Origin: Eledone cirrhosa | Taxonomy: Eukaryota | Direction: 5' to 3' | Length of the DNA stretch: 64,000 nucleotides | Assembly (NCBI GenBank): GCA_964016885.1 | Contig: OZ024760.1 | Location: 11,284,001-11,348,000, forward strand | Shown here: piece after piece, positions 28,294-42,775 of the stretch | Layout of the letters: every line of letters starts with the position of its first letter | Numbering within the stretch: the first letter of the stretch is position 1 | The notes under the pieces: generated by a model | Databases searched by the model: none | What the model was told of the DNA's origin: nothing | The model's input: only the letters and a program-made list of their open reading frames with translations | Made by a program: the position numbers and the translations under genes

Positions 28294-28341
<48 letters not shown>

Positions 28342-28408
28342 GTCGACATACCAGTATTTTATATATTATGAAATACTGTTGGCTTCACGCTCACAATAAT
28401 TTCTATAC

Positions 28409-28454
<46 letters not shown>

Positions 28455-28548
28455 CGATGAAATGCCTAGGACGGTTGGAAGGCCACTGATGAAGGACTCA
28501 CTTTTTCATATGTAACCCATGTGCAACGCCGCAGCTCCATTATTATCA

Positions 28549-28653
<105 letters not shown>

Positions 28654-28933
28654 AGCGTGCTTGAAGCATTGTTGAATAGTACGCACAAATTTAAATTTTG
28701 AAAACCAAACAATACGTTGTGGAGAACATTAAATTGCCAAGATAACAAAAGAATCTTACCTTAGCAAATTTAACGATCCCTAATATTTTGGGGTTTAAAC
28801 ACCCCTTATCAAGGGAGTAACCGTATGAGAGAGTTAGAGTTAAAAATCGACCAGAGTTGACTTGCTTGTTTGGAGAGTGGATTTGAGTTAAATGAATTGA
28901 AAAGATGTTAACGTGTGCGTTTTGAGATGTGTG

Positions 28934-28961
28934 AACCCTAACCCTAACCCTAACCCTAACC

Positions 28962-28963
<2 letters not shown>
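28934..28963. repeat. Interstitial telomeric repeat (AACCCT)5
   Basis: Perfect TTAGGG-type units at the junction of units 2 and 3. Confidence 0.9.
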
Positions 28964-29011
<48 letters not shown>

Positions 29012-29078
29012 GTCGACATACCAGTATTTTATATATTATGAAATACTGTTGGCTTCACGCTCACAATAATTTCTATAC

Positions 29079-29118
<40 letters not shown>

Positions 29119-29212
29119 CGATGAAATGCCTAGGACGGTTGGAAGGCCACTGATGAAGGACTCACTTTTTCATATGTAACCCATGTGCAACGCCGCAGCT
29201 CCATTATTATCA

Positions 29213-29311
<99 letters not shown>

Positions 29312-29434
29312 AGCGTGCTTGAAGCATTGTTGAATAGTACGCACAAATTTAAATTTTGAAAACCAAACAATACGTTGTGGAGAACATTAAATTGCCAAGA
29401 TAACAAAAGAATCTTACCTTAGCAAATTTAACGA

Positions 29435-29474
29435 TCCCTAATATTTTGGGGTTTAAACACCCCTTATCAAGGGA
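29435..29474 (-). ncRNA. Hammerhead motif in Penelope 3' pLTR (U3-A8 variant, G12->A decayed); copies at 28101-28140 and 28777-28816
   Basis: Minus strand: TCCC-TTGATAA-GGGG(tgtttaaa)CCCC-aAAA-TAT-TA-GGGA. It lies about 350 nt downstream of the GIY-YIG stop codon. Confidence 0.65.
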
Positions 29475-29826
29475 GTAACCGTATGAGAGAGTTAAAAATC
29501 GACCAGAGTTGACTTGCTTGTTTGGAGAGTGGATTTGAGTTAAATGAATTGAAAAGATGTTAACGTGTGCGTTTTGAGATGTGTGATATATGTATGTGTG
29601 TGCATGAATGTAAGTGTGCTTAGTAGGATGTTTGTATGTGTGTGTGTGCATGAATGTAAGGTTATGTAGTGAAATGTGTGTGCGAGTATGTATATAAGAA
29701 AACGGGAAAATATGTGTGCGATATATGCATGGGTGTGTGAGTCTAAGTGTGTTTGACTAGTGAGGACATAGATTTAATTTGAAAGAAAGAATGAAACTAG
29801 CCGCTGGGATGTTGGAATACAGGCTT

Positions 29827-30303
29827 TTAAATTAGCCATTCTGGTGCACTTCTTTCCATTTGATTATTGATCCTAGATTTTAATTGCTTGATCAAGAGGA
29901 CTCCCTTAATTCTCAGTGTGCCTATACTGCGTTCAGTAGCTAAGATTGTAGTGGAAATGTTACCCGGTTTCCACATTTGATGTTTGCGGAAGGAAGAGGA
30001 GTTGGTGTTAACATGCTCTTTAATACGGAGATGTAACAGTCGAATAGTGTTGCCTATGTAGAATAGATTGCACTTATGACATTCTAGCCTGTATACTACA
30101 TAGGTACGTAGGCAACAATTAGTGTTGTGGATTGGGCAATTGGTTAGGGTGCATCTGTTATCCTCGGGGGTTGCCTTGTGGAGAGACATCTTCACAGGGA
30201 AGGTCCAGAGTGAGCTAGTTTGATATTGAGGCCGTCTCTTCTGATGACTTTCCGTATGTCGTTGGTCGTTTCCTCGCTGAGATGTGGGATCTTGAAGAAG
30301 CAA
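29827..30303 (-). pseudogene. Penelope-like element GIY-YIG endonuclease domain (decayed)
   Basis: C..TNCPI...VVYRLECHKCNLFYIGNTIRLLHLRIKEH...LRIKGVLLIKQLKSRIN: PLE-type VVY-x3-CxxC-YIG, R/EH and terminal IN motifs. The conserved Glu appears replaced by Gly. Confidence 0.85.
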
Positions 30304-31129
30304 CTGTTGTTTGTGCTGGTCCGGTCTCTGGGTCTGGGGTTTTGTGTGTGAGCCATTTCTAGCGTCATATTTTTAACCCGTCATATTGTCCGGGATATGC
30401 AAATATTTATTTAATTGATTGAGTTACGCATGCGTATATCAGTAAGGATTATCTCCGTTTACTAATTCATTGAGATGGGCGGTTGTTTCTTGATACGCGA
30501 AACTGCAGTAACGGGAAAGAATGATAGGGAAGGTTTCTTATTTTATGTTGCTTTACTAGGACTCTACCCGTCGGTAACTTTAAATTAGTTATCTTATATC
30601 CATATATATGTACGTAAATAAAACTGCTTTTGCTCCAGTGAGTCTAATAATTCTCAGAAAATCGCCAACCTGTACCCATGATTCGGGCCAAACAATCTGT
30701 AATCACCCTCAAAATTCGGCCATTCAAACACTGACCACTTATTCTCTCAAATTCGATTTACGTAACGAGCCCGCAATACCTACATATTGAGGAAGACAGC
30801 CATTATCAAGCTGCAGCAGACATATTACGTAGTTTCTGTATAACAAAGCCAAAGCTATTATTATCTGCAGTGACTGTAACCCCATCATGTAATAGGCCAT
30901 GTTCCCCCTTCTCCCGTTGTCTCTTGACTTTACACCCTGAAACTATCCACTTAGATGTCGTGATGCCACGTATTGGGAAGTCTACTTCTCACAACATAAC
31001 ATAAAAACTTAAAAATAAGAATAAAGAAAATACCCAAGTCATATATACATACATACACACACACACGTGTGTGTGTGTATCTGTGTGTGTGTGTGTGTGT
31101 GTGTGTGTCATCTTCCATCACGACTACAA

Positions 31130-31760
31130 CCAACATCAACATCAGCATGAACTTTATGACGATCACGACCACCACAACCACCACAATAACCATTATAACA
31201 ACCTCGAAAACAACCACCGTGACAACACCTACAATAACCACCACAACCACCACAACCCCCAAAACATCCACCGTGACAACACCTACAATAACCACCACAA
31301 CCACCACCACAACAACCTCCACCACCACAACCACCACAACTCCCAAAACATCCACCGTGACAACACCTACAATAACCACCACAACCACCACCACAACCCC
31401 CAAAACATCCACCCTGACAACACCTACAATAACCACCACCACAACCACCAAAACATCCACCGTGACAACACCTACAATAACCACCACCACCACCACCACC
31501 ACAACAGCAACCACCACCACAACCACAACAACAACCACCACAACCACCACAATATCCACCGTGACAACACCTACAATAACCACCTACAACCACCTACAAC
31601 AACCACCACCACTACAACCACCACCACCACAACCACCACCACAACAACCACCACAACCCCCAAAACATCCACCCTGACAATAGCTAAAATAACCACCACA
31701 TCCAACATGACGACACCTACAATAACCACCACATACAACACCGCAACAACCGCCAGCACG
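31130..31760. repeat. Composite minisatellite (AAAACATCCACCGTGACAACACCTACAATA + (ACC/ACA)n), about 8 units
   Basis: Visible directly. Confidence 0.85.
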
Positions 31761-31891
31761 CATCCGCCACAACATCGACCAAAACAACAACCACCCGGTC
31801 ATGCAACTACTAAACTTAAACTTCAAAACAAGCCATAAATTCGTGATCTAACTGAAATAAGTTTCCCTGATATTTTATATATATTTTATAT

Positions 31892-31945
<54 letters not shown>

Positions 31946-32039
31946 ATATATATGTGTATATATTATATATGTATGTATATATATATATGTATTTATATAT
32001 GTATATATATATATATGTATGTATATATATATGTATGTG

Positions 32040-32092
<53 letters not shown>

Positions 32093-32209
32093 ATATATAT
32101 ATGTATGTATGTTTATATATATATGTATGTATATATATGTGTATATATATGTATGTATATATATGTATGCATATATGTATATATATATGTATGTATATAT
32201 GTATATATG

Positions 32210-32242
<33 letters not shown>

Positions 32243-32251
32243 GTGTATGTA

Positions 32252-32292
<41 letters not shown>

Positions 32293-32412
32293 ATATGTAT
32301 ATATATGTATATATATATGTATATATATATATGTAAGCATATATATAAATATATACATAAGTGTAGAAAATTAATTTAAAAAGAAATATACATAAAATAT
32401 AATATATACACA

Positions 32413-32509
<97 letters not shown>

Positions 32510-32523
32510 GTATATATATATAC

Positions 32524-32614
<91 letters not shown>

Positions 32615-32744
32615 TGTGTGTGTGTGTGCATATATTATATTTTATATATATTTTATGTATATTTCTTTTTAAATTAATTTTCTACACTTTGTCTATTTCA
32701 TTTTCCAATTTGTCTTTTAAAATGTTACTCTTTCATGTATACCA

Positions 32745-33590
32745 TCGTTGTTGTTGTTGTTGGGGTTGTTGTCGTTGTTGTTGTTGTTGTTGTCGTTGTT
32801 GTTGCTGCTGCTGTTGTCACTGCAGCTGTTGTCATTGCAGCTGTTGTTGTTGTAGTTGTTATTGTTGCTGCTGTTGTCACTGCAGCTGCTGCTGTTGTTG
32901 TTGTTGTTGTAGTTGTTATTGTTGCTGTTGTCACTGCAGCTGTTGTCATTGCAGCTGTTGTTGTTGTAGTTGTTATTGTTGCTGCTGTTGTCACTGCAGC
33001 TGTTATTGTTGTTGTTGTTGCTGCTGCTGTTGTCACTGCAGCTGTTGTTGTTGTAGTTGTTATTGTTGCTGCTGTTGTCACTGCATCTGTTCTTGTCGGT
33101 ATTCTTGTAATTGTCATCATCGTACTCGTCGTTGCTGTTGCAGTTGTTGTTGTTGTGGTTGTGGTTGTTGTTACTTCTGTTGTTGTTGTTGTTGTTATTG
33201 TTACTTCTGTTGCAGTAGCTCAGTTGTTGTTGCTTCTGTTGTTGTTGTTACTTCTGTTATTGTTGTTGTTGTTGTTATTGTTACTTCTGTTGTTGTTGTT
33301 GTTTTTGTTGTTATTGTTGCTTCTGTTGCAGTAGCTGCAGTTGTTGTTGTTGTTGCTTCTGTTGTTGTTGTTGTTGTTGTTGTTGTTACTTCTGTTGTTG
33401 TTGTTGTTGTTGCTTCTGTTGCAGTAGCTGCAGTTGTTGTTGTTGTTGCTTCTGTTGTTGTTGTTGTTGTTGTTGTTACTTCTGTTGCAGTAGCTGCAGT
33501 TGTTGTTGTTGTTGCTTCTGTTGTTGTTGTTGTTGTTGTTGTTTCTTCTGTTGCAGTAGCTGCAGTTGTTGTTGTTGTTGCTTCTGTTGT
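32745..33590. repeat. (GTT/GCT)n composite microsatellite
   Basis: Visible directly. Confidence 0.9.
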
Positions 33591-33833
33591 TATGTTAAGG
33601 AACACGAGTGATGAAAATTTAATTTTTAAAAATGCAAAATGTTTTGTTTTCCAGAAAGATCAGTCGTTTTTTTTAAAGTTAATTTTTGTTTTGCTTTCTT
33701 CTAAAATTCATCGATTTTTCTGAACCACAAAACGAATTCTCTCTTTTAATCCCTTCGTTACATTATTTACTAACTTATATTTTACATCTAGTTATTATTA
33801 TTATTGTTATTATTATTATTGTTATTATTATTA

Positions 33834-33898
<65 letters not shown>

Positions 33899-34027
33899 TT
33901 TGGTATTATTGGTATTATTGTTCTTATCTAAACAAGAAACTATAGCTCGAATATATACATACATCGCTCTCTCTCTCTGTCTCTCTCTCTCTCTTTTATA
34001 TATATAAATACACACACACACACACAT

Positions 34028-34112
<85 letters not shown>

Positions 34113-34161
34113 TACATATATATATATATATATAAATATACATATATATATATATATATAA

Positions 34162-34228
<67 letters not shown>

Positions 34229-34279
34229 TACATATATATATATATATATATAAATATACATATATATATATATATATAA

Positions 34280-34318
<39 letters not shown>

Positions 34319-34337
34319 TACATATATATATATATAA

Positions 34338-34519
<182 letters not shown>

Positions 34520-34545
34520 ATGTAATAAACAACATAAGGCAATTA

Positions 34546-34605
34546 TTCCATTTACCAGTGGTTTCTTAAAAGCAAAATGTTTTGCTTTCAATCCTCAGAA
34601 TGAAA
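34546..34605 (-). ncRNA. Intact type I hammerhead ribozyme motif (family H1)
   Basis: Minus strand: TTTCATT-CTGAGGA-TTGAAAGCAAAA(ca)TTTTGCTTTTAA-GAAA-CC(act)GG-TA-AATGGAA; GUA site. Confidence 0.85.
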
Positions 34606-34752
34606 AAATCCTGGTTTGTTTATTGAATTTGGATTTTAAAAACAATGTTGTTTATTACATAATAATAATTAAGCTCTGTTACCTACATAGAGCACTCTTT
34701 TTTCCTGTACTTTTCCGACGGAATTACTTCATTTATATATATATATATAAAT

Positions 34753-34863
<111 letters not shown>

Positions 34864-34893
34864 CTTAAATGCATATATATATATATTATATAT

Positions 34894-35080
34894 GTGGATT
34901 GGCAGTATCGGTAGAGGGTCGGACGCCATGCTTTGACGCATAGAGTTACGGCCCTTGCGATTCTGAGTTCAAACCCCGCCGAGGTTAACTTTGCCTTTCA
35001 TCCTTACGGGATCGATAAAATAAAGTACCAGTAATGCACTGGGTAATTGCTGGCCTTGTGCCTAAAGTAGAAACAATTAT
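34894..35080 (+). mobile_element. Near full-length tRNA-derived SINE
   Basis: Same family as 14339-14560. Confidence 0.85.
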
Positions 35081-35221
35081 ATTATATATATATACCTATT
35101 ATACATATGTACATATATGCATATATATATATATACATGTGTGTATGAGTGTGTGTCAGTGAGAGATTGTGTGAGATTGTGTGTGTGTGTGTGTATGTGT
35201 GTGTGAGAGAGAGAGAGAGAG

Positions 35222-35252
<31 letters not shown>

Positions 35253-35522
35253 ACATCTATATATGACTGCAAATCATTCATTTTATCCACTGTTCTCATA
35301 TACATCGTTCATTTTCTTAATGTAGTTTGACATACAACTAATATTTACAACTTCAAATATTGCTTTCTGAAAGTCTACCCCTCTTGTGAGTTAACAACCC
35401 CCGTGTATGAGGCGGTCTATATATGAATAAACATATCGCAGTTATAACTAAAATATTTCTTACATTTTGAAGTGGTTAGCAGCAGGGCTTAGTAATATTT
35501 GAAGAATATTGAGTTTAGTATA

Positions 35523-35613
<91 letters not shown>

Positions 35614-35615
<2 letters not shown>

Positions 35616-35806
35616 CGAAGGAAATGTGGTAAGGAACCAGGTGGACCATAACGCACCAAAGTACTCAATACTTAGGGTAGTAGAGTGGGTGATAGGAACC
35701 AGTAAGACCCCGACGGCTGAGCTCAAGCCGTTTTGACGGCTAATTCTGGACAGGATTAGCTGTCGAAACAGCTTGAGCTCAGCCGTCGGGGTCTTACTGG
35801 TTCCTA
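35614..35806. mobile_element. Family B asymmetric palindromic element
   Basis: Long arm plus short inverted arm turning at GACGGCTAATTCTGGACAGGATTAGCTGTC; (TA)n on both sides. Confidence 0.8.
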
Positions 35807-36774
35807 TATATATATATATATATATATTATGTATACAACCTAATGAAGGGGGAGAGCTAGAAGATCAGTTATGAGAATTATATGCCAGTGGTGAAGGGGA
35901 TAGTGTATTCAATGTGTATTAGATGTAAGACAAGCGAACACTGTAAGGAAGCCTGAGAAATAATGTGAGGCAAAAATTGTACAAACAGAGCATTGATATA
36001 GAAATTAAATGTTAGAGAAAACAATACCAAATTCTTGAACAAGTATGTTTAATGGCTTACAAACAATCTTTTTCGAAAATCATATGAGCATTATGAAAAT
36101 GATTGATGATATCATCGATTAGAGCAAATGATAATAAAAAGAAAAGAATGATATGGTCTTATCTTCAGAGCCGAAAAAAAATATAAATATGCAATTCAAA
36201 AATACATGTCACTGAAAATAGGGACTACAATAAAAGTAAAACACGAAGCATACCAGTCCACACATGAAGGATGAAAGCAGAATTTGAAAACATTTTAAAT
36301 TCAAAGAAGTTAGCCGTTTAAAAATATGGTGGTATTATGAAAACAAGAAGTGACCAAGTATATATAGCAAGGGGCATAACTATGGCGAAAGAGAGATAAT
36401 TAATGGCATTAAAAATGAAATATTTAAAATATTTAAATGAAGGAAAAAATGTGCAAGTATTACATTTAACGGTAAATAATTTAAAAAAAAAATATTTGTG
36501 TGGAAAGAAATATCATGTAAAATAATCAAAAGGGTTAATATTGGAGGAATCATAAAAAAAAAATTTTTTTTTTATATATAGGGGCAGATGTATATTAAGA
36601 TAATGGGGAGGGATAAAAATGTATATTAAGAATTAAAGGGATGGTCAGGCTATGTATATCAGAGCGTGAGAGGTCCAATACTCGGTAAATGTTCGTCTAT
36701 TGGTTTATTTCAGTAGTGTTGAGAGAAGATCTAGGTTGAGGGTCGGACATAGGTGTGAAGAAGAAAAGGAAATA

Positions 36775-37590
36775 TTCTAACGTCTCTAATTCTATCTGAC
36801 GTTCTAACGTCTGCCATTCTATCTGACGTTCTAACGTTTCAGCCGCATCTATCGGACGATCTAACGTCTGTCATTCTATCTGACGTTCTAACGTTTCAGC
36901 CGCATCTATCGGACGATCTAACGTCTGTCATTCTATCTGACGTTCTAACGTTTCAGCCGCATCTATCGGACGATCTAACGTCTGTCATTCTATCTGACGT
37001 TCTAACGTTTCAGCCGCATCTATCGGACTATCTAACGTCTGTCATTCTATCTGACGTTCTAACGTTTCAGCCGCATCTATCGGACGATCTAACGTCTGTC
37101 ATTCTATCTGACGTTCTAACGTTTCAGCCGCATCTATCGGACTATCTAACGTCTGTCATTCTATCTGACGTTCTAACGTTTCAGCCGCATCTATCGGACG
37201 ATCTAACGTCTGTCATTCTATCTGACGTTCTAACGTTTCAGCCGCATCTATCGGACTATCTAACGTCTGTCATTCTATCTGACGTTCTAACGTTTCAGCC
37301 GCATCTATCGGACGATCTAACGTCTGTCATTCTATCTGACGTTCTAACGTTTCAGCCGCATCTATCGGACTATCTAACGTCTGTCATTCTATCTGACGTT
37401 CTAACGTTTCAGCCGCATCTTTCGGACGATCTAACGTCTGTCATTCTATCTAACGTTTCTGCCGTATCTATCTGACGTTCTAACGTTTCTGCCGTATCTA
37501 TCTGACGTTCTAAAGTCTGTCATTCTATCTGACATTCTAACGTTTGTCATTCTATCTGACGGTCTAACGGCTCTGCCAGTCCTCCGTCTT
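36775..37590. repeat. 57-bp dimeric (27+30) tandem array derived from a SINE head
   Basis: AGCCGC recurs at 36841 and 36898. The array ends TCTAACGGCTCTGCCAGTCCTCCGTCTT, the reverse complement of a SINE 5' end (compare 39390-39432). Confidence 0.85.
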
Positions 37591-37855
37591 GTTCTTCGTT
37601 ATAATACCACCATTTTCCTCTTTCAGCCATTTCCGTAGCGTACCACGGAAACACTCGAATTAACACAAAATCAAATATCTTTGAAATTCATTGATTTCCG
37701 ATATCTTAGTCAACAGACCGTAGCCAAAGAATAAGAAAGGAAATTAAGTTTGAGTATATATATATATATATATATATATGGTATAAATATATACATATGA
37801 GTGTGTGTATGGTGTATATATATGGTATAAATATATACATATGAGTGTGTGTATG

Positions 37856-37893
<38 letters not shown>

Positions 37894-38081
37894 AAACATT
37901 CATGTGCCAGACAGTGTGCAATCCTGGTGGCTGGAGTATCACAACTTGATACACTTATTTCAACGTTTGTCTACAAGAAACACGATTCTCTAAAGAAGAC
38001 AGAATATATTATATTTTTAATTTCAATATGGAGTTTTATGTTTTCAAGTGTCTTTTATTATTAGATGCGCACATAGACGCG

Positions 38082-38147
<66 letters not shown>

Positions 38148-38198
38148 TACACATATATATATGTATTTGTATACATATATTGTATATATATATAGTTT

Positions 38199-38229
<31 letters not shown>

Positions 38230-38283
38230 TGTTATATATATATATATGTATTTGTATACATATACTGTATATATATATAGTTT

Positions 38284-38314
<31 letters not shown>

Positions 38315-38333
38315 TGTTATATATATATATAGG

Positions 38334-38366
<33 letters not shown>

Positions 38367-38393
38367 GTTATACATATATAGGTATATATATTG

Positions 38394-38462
<69 letters not shown>

Positions 38463-38999
38463 TATATATACAGTTATATATATGTGTGTATGTGTGTGTG
38501 TGTGTTCAAACCACAGACTGCAATGATGAATGAGCAATTGTTTGAATAACAAAGATGGCGGCCAAGAAATGATCAAAACATGTCCGCCAGACATTTATAG
38601 AAGGTGATGAGAAGTTTATGTAATGGCGGATGGCGTTTGTCTTATTTACTTTGGTTGTCTGTTGGTTTGTTTGTTTATTTATTATTAAGACAAAGAGTGA
38701 AGGGGGTGGGTATGGTTTGTTGACCTTAGCTTTAGTTTAGGCAACAACAATAGTTGTGTATGATACAGGAGACTGTTTAAATATGATTTATTTCAGCCAC
38801 CATTTTATAATACATTTATAAACTCTCTTGTATGACTGCTGTGAACCCCACTTAACCCGACTGAAAGATAATATGTGTGTGTTTGTATGTGTTTGTGCCA
38901 CAATTAACCCGACTGGAAGAGAGCTTAAAATGTTTATATATGTCAGTGTGTGTGTGTGAATGTGCCAGAATTAATCCAAGTGGAACAGACCATACAATG

Positions 39000-39034
<35 letters not shown>

Positions 39035-39049
39035 GCATGTGTGTAATAT

Positions 39050-39084
<35 letters not shown>

Positions 39085-39289
39085 TTGTTTATGACTGTCC
39101 AACAATTAACCCAAGTGAAACAGATCATACGATCTGTATATGTGTGTGTTTGTGTGTGTGTACGTTGGAGGTTGTTGGTCGCTTCATCGGTAGAGTACAG
39201 CAGATTTCTTCCAGAGAAACATTGAGAGAGAGAGAGAAACAAAGAGAGAGAGGGGGGGTAGAAAGAGAGATAGAAATGACCCCGTGCTA

Positions 39290-39432
39290 GACTTTTTTTC
39301 TCGATCTTGAAAGGATGAAAGACAACGTTGACTTCGGTGGAATTTGAACACAGGGAGCAAAGACCCAAAATGACTACCGCAACGCAAAGCATTCTATCCG
39401 ACGTTCTAACGACTTTGCCAATCCGCCGCCTT
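39290..39432 (-). mobile_element. Diverged tRNA-derived SINE
   Basis: AAGGATGAAAG.CAA.GTTGAC.TCGG.GG.ATTTGAAC...TGCCAATCCGCCGCCTT. Confidence 0.7.
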
Positions 39433-39524
39433 ACAGTACACACACACACACACACATACACATACACACACCCACACCCACACATACACACACACACACC
39501 GAAACAAACCCAAGGTCCACGACA

Positions 39525-39672
39525 TTGCAGCATAGTTACGTCCCTTTACGGACTGAGTTCAAATCCCGCCGAGGTTTACTTTGCCTTTCATCCTTACGAG
39601 GTCGATAAAATAAAGTACCAGTAATACATTGGGGTAATTGCTGGCCTTGTGCCAAAAAGTAGAAACAATTAT
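39525..39672 (+). mobile_element. 5'-truncated tRNA-derived SINE
   Basis: Main-family core and tail. Confidence 0.85.
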
Positions 39673-40190
39673 TATACTATAGAAACATTTGGTGATAATT
39701 GGTCGATGAAGGTAAAAAAACGAAATTGTTTTTACATTTAATCATACAATGTAAATGAAAGACTTGTATAGGAAAATTATTTATAAATCGTGTTGTTATT
39801 GTTGTTGATGTTGTCGTTGTTGTTGTTATTTATGTTATTGTTACTGCTGTTGTTGCTGTTTCTGTTTTTGTTGATTTTGTTGGCTTTGCTGTTGTTGTTA
39901 TTGTTGTTATTGTTGCTACTGTTGTTGTTGTTGTTTCTGTTGTTCTTTGTATTATTATTGTCGTTGTTGTTGTTGTTGTTATTGTCTTCGTTGTTGATTT
40001 TGTTGTTGTTTCTGTTGAAGTGGTTGTTTAATTGCAAATACGACACCTTTGATGTCCGTACCAGAACATGGAGCTTATTTAATATACATTTCCATCGTTT
40101 TTACCTAAATTGACATAATTATTGACTCAAATTCTGGCTATATTTTCTATAAGATTAAACACTCACGGAATTATATTTTTGCTCGAGTTT

Positions 40191-40257
<67 letters not shown>

Positions 40258-40259
40258 CA

Positions 40260-40292
<33 letters not shown>

Positions 40293-40544
40293 GTGTGTAT
40301 ATTCATATATATATATCTTTATATATATATGTATATATATATATATATATCTTTATATATATGTGTATATATATCTTTATATATATATATATAAATATAT
40401 AAATATATATATATATATCTTTATATATATATATATGTATATATATATCTTTATATATATATATATGTATATATATATAAATAAAGATATATATATATGT
40501 ATATAAATAAAGATATATATATATGTATACACCCCCCTCCCCCT

Positions 40545-40616
<72 letters not shown>

Positions 40617-40854
40617 CACTTTAATATAGGTTTTTGTTCGAGGTTTTATATATATTTTTTTCACTTTAACATAGGTAAGTCACACCAATCAACATATACT
40701 TTGCATGATTAAATATAATCTATAAACACAAATATTGATCTAATTACAGCGAGCAATTATCACATTTTCTAACTATATATTCAAAACTTATTGAAATATA
40801 TAACAAACATTATTTTCATTAATTTCACACATTAAGGGCGGGGGTTGGTGGAAT

Positions 40855-40978
40855 GAAGCCATGTGATCTAATGTTTAGTGTGTTGGACTTGTGATCAGAA
40901 TATCATTGGTTCGACTCTTGGAGATGAGTCTCGGTAGTGTCATGTTCTTGAGTAAAACACTTTATTTCATGTTGGTCC
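40855..40978 (+). mobile_element. Diverged CORE-like SINE
   Basis: GGTTCGACTC B-box; TGTTCTTGAGTAAAACACTTTATTTCATGTTG matches 2620-2741. Confidence 0.6.
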
Positions 40979-41018
40979 TAGGAACACTATGTGTGTGAGG
41001 GAGAGTATCTCTAAAATG

Positions 41019-41099
41019 TATTTCGTTCTGACGATTGAAGGCAAACAAACGTATGTGCCAAACTTGTCTGTCTTCGTGAAACCTTTGGTAAATGAAATA
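41019..41099 (+). ncRNA. Intact type I hammerhead ribozyme motif (family H1)
   Basis: TATTTCGTT-CTGACGA-T-TGAAGGCA...TGTCTTCG-T-GAAA-CC(ttt)GG-TA-AATGAAATA: 9-bp stem I, long stem II, GUA site after 41090. Confidence 0.85.
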
Positions 41100-41122
41100 A
41101 TTATCTTATGTTGTTTATTACA

Positions 41123-41645
<523 letters not shown>

Positions 41646-41763
41646 GTTGTATTTAATTTGTTGGGATTCAACAACCTTAAAAGTTTTATAACTGATATAA
41701 CGAACCTTCAACCGTCAAGATTGTTTTTCTACGGGTATGTCAACATTTATAAAACATATTTTG

Positions 41764-41828
41764 TATTTTATCTGATGAAAGCGCACCAAAATTGCCTTGG
41801 TTGCCCTTGAAATATATATAATAACATA
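41764..41828 (+). ncRNA. Type I hammerhead motif (family H2)
   Basis: TATTTTAT-CTGATGA-AAGCGCACCAA(aattgcc)TTGGTTGCCCTT-GAAA-TATATA-TA-ATAACATA. Confidence 0.7.
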
Positions 41829-41876
41829 ATTATGGTTTTATAAATATAGTTTCCATTGATTAATATATTGTATATA

Positions 41877-41930
<54 letters not shown>

Positions 41931-42051
41931 GGAGGTGAGTTTTATTGTAGTACAATAAAGCAATGCAGATATCGGATAAGAAGCACTCTACAGTTTGTAG
42001 GACTGGAGTATACATAATATAAGATCAAAAGATGGTTAAAGAAGTTCCATG

Positions 42052-42122
42052 TATTTTATTATGCGCATTTCAAAAACAAACATCATCATGCAATAATATT
42101 TGTGTTTTCATCAGATAAAACA
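42052..42122 (-). ncRNA. Type I hammerhead ribozyme motif (left arm of palindrome 42014-42303)
   Basis: Reverse-complement twin of 42195-42265. Confidence 0.8.
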
Positions 42123-42194
42123 GGAGAACATGATATGAAGGCTTTAAAACTGCACTATCCACAAGTGTTTTTTAGCCTTCATATCATGTTCTCC

Positions 42195-42265
42195 TGTTTT
42201 ATCTGATGAAAACACAAATATTATTGCATGATGATGTTTGCTTTTGAAATGCGCATAATAAAATA
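42195..42265 (+). ncRNA. Intact type I hammerhead ribozyme motif
   Basis: TGTTTTAT-CTGATGA-AAACA-CAAATATTATT(gcat)GATGATGTTTG-CTTTT-GAAA-TGCGCA-TA-ATAAAATA; palindromic stem III ATGCGCAT, AUA site. Confidence 0.85.
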
Positions 42266-42295
42266 CATGGAACTCCTTTAACCATCTTTTGATCT

Positions 42296-42385
<90 letters not shown>

Positions 42386-42390
<5 letters not shown>

Positions 42391-42720
42391 TTGCGAGGTT
42401 TTTGATATGAAATTGTGTGTCGAAACAAATATTGTTATACTTGGGGAGGGTCATATTGTTGTAATAATATTGCCAGAAGTAATAACAGAACACACTCACT
42501 GTTTGGTTGGTTTTCACTTCTGTATCTTTTATATCTCCATAGTTAATTTATTTGGCAATCAACGTTTATCATTGATTAACCAACGGTTAAAAATACAGAT
42601 ATAAATATATATATATATAGTCTAACCAAGTTCTTTCGTTGCACATCTGCAACATCATCAGTAGTACTATTATATTCCCTCCTATTGTATTCTATTGTAA
42701 TGTAATGTCTACGCCATTTT
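42386..42720 (-). mobile_element. Family A2 element with hammerhead motif at 42624-42665
   Basis: Minus strand: CTGATGA-T-GTTGCA(gatg)TGCAAC-GAAA-GAAC-TT; homologous to 55460-55800. Confidence 0.7.
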
Positions 42721-42726
42721 TATTTT

Positions 42727-42775
<49 letters not shown>

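Noticed and set aside
31069-31838. Mucin-like Thr-rich ORF
   Set aside because: Composite minisatellite open in several frames and flanked by (GT)n, with no signal peptide or splice support.
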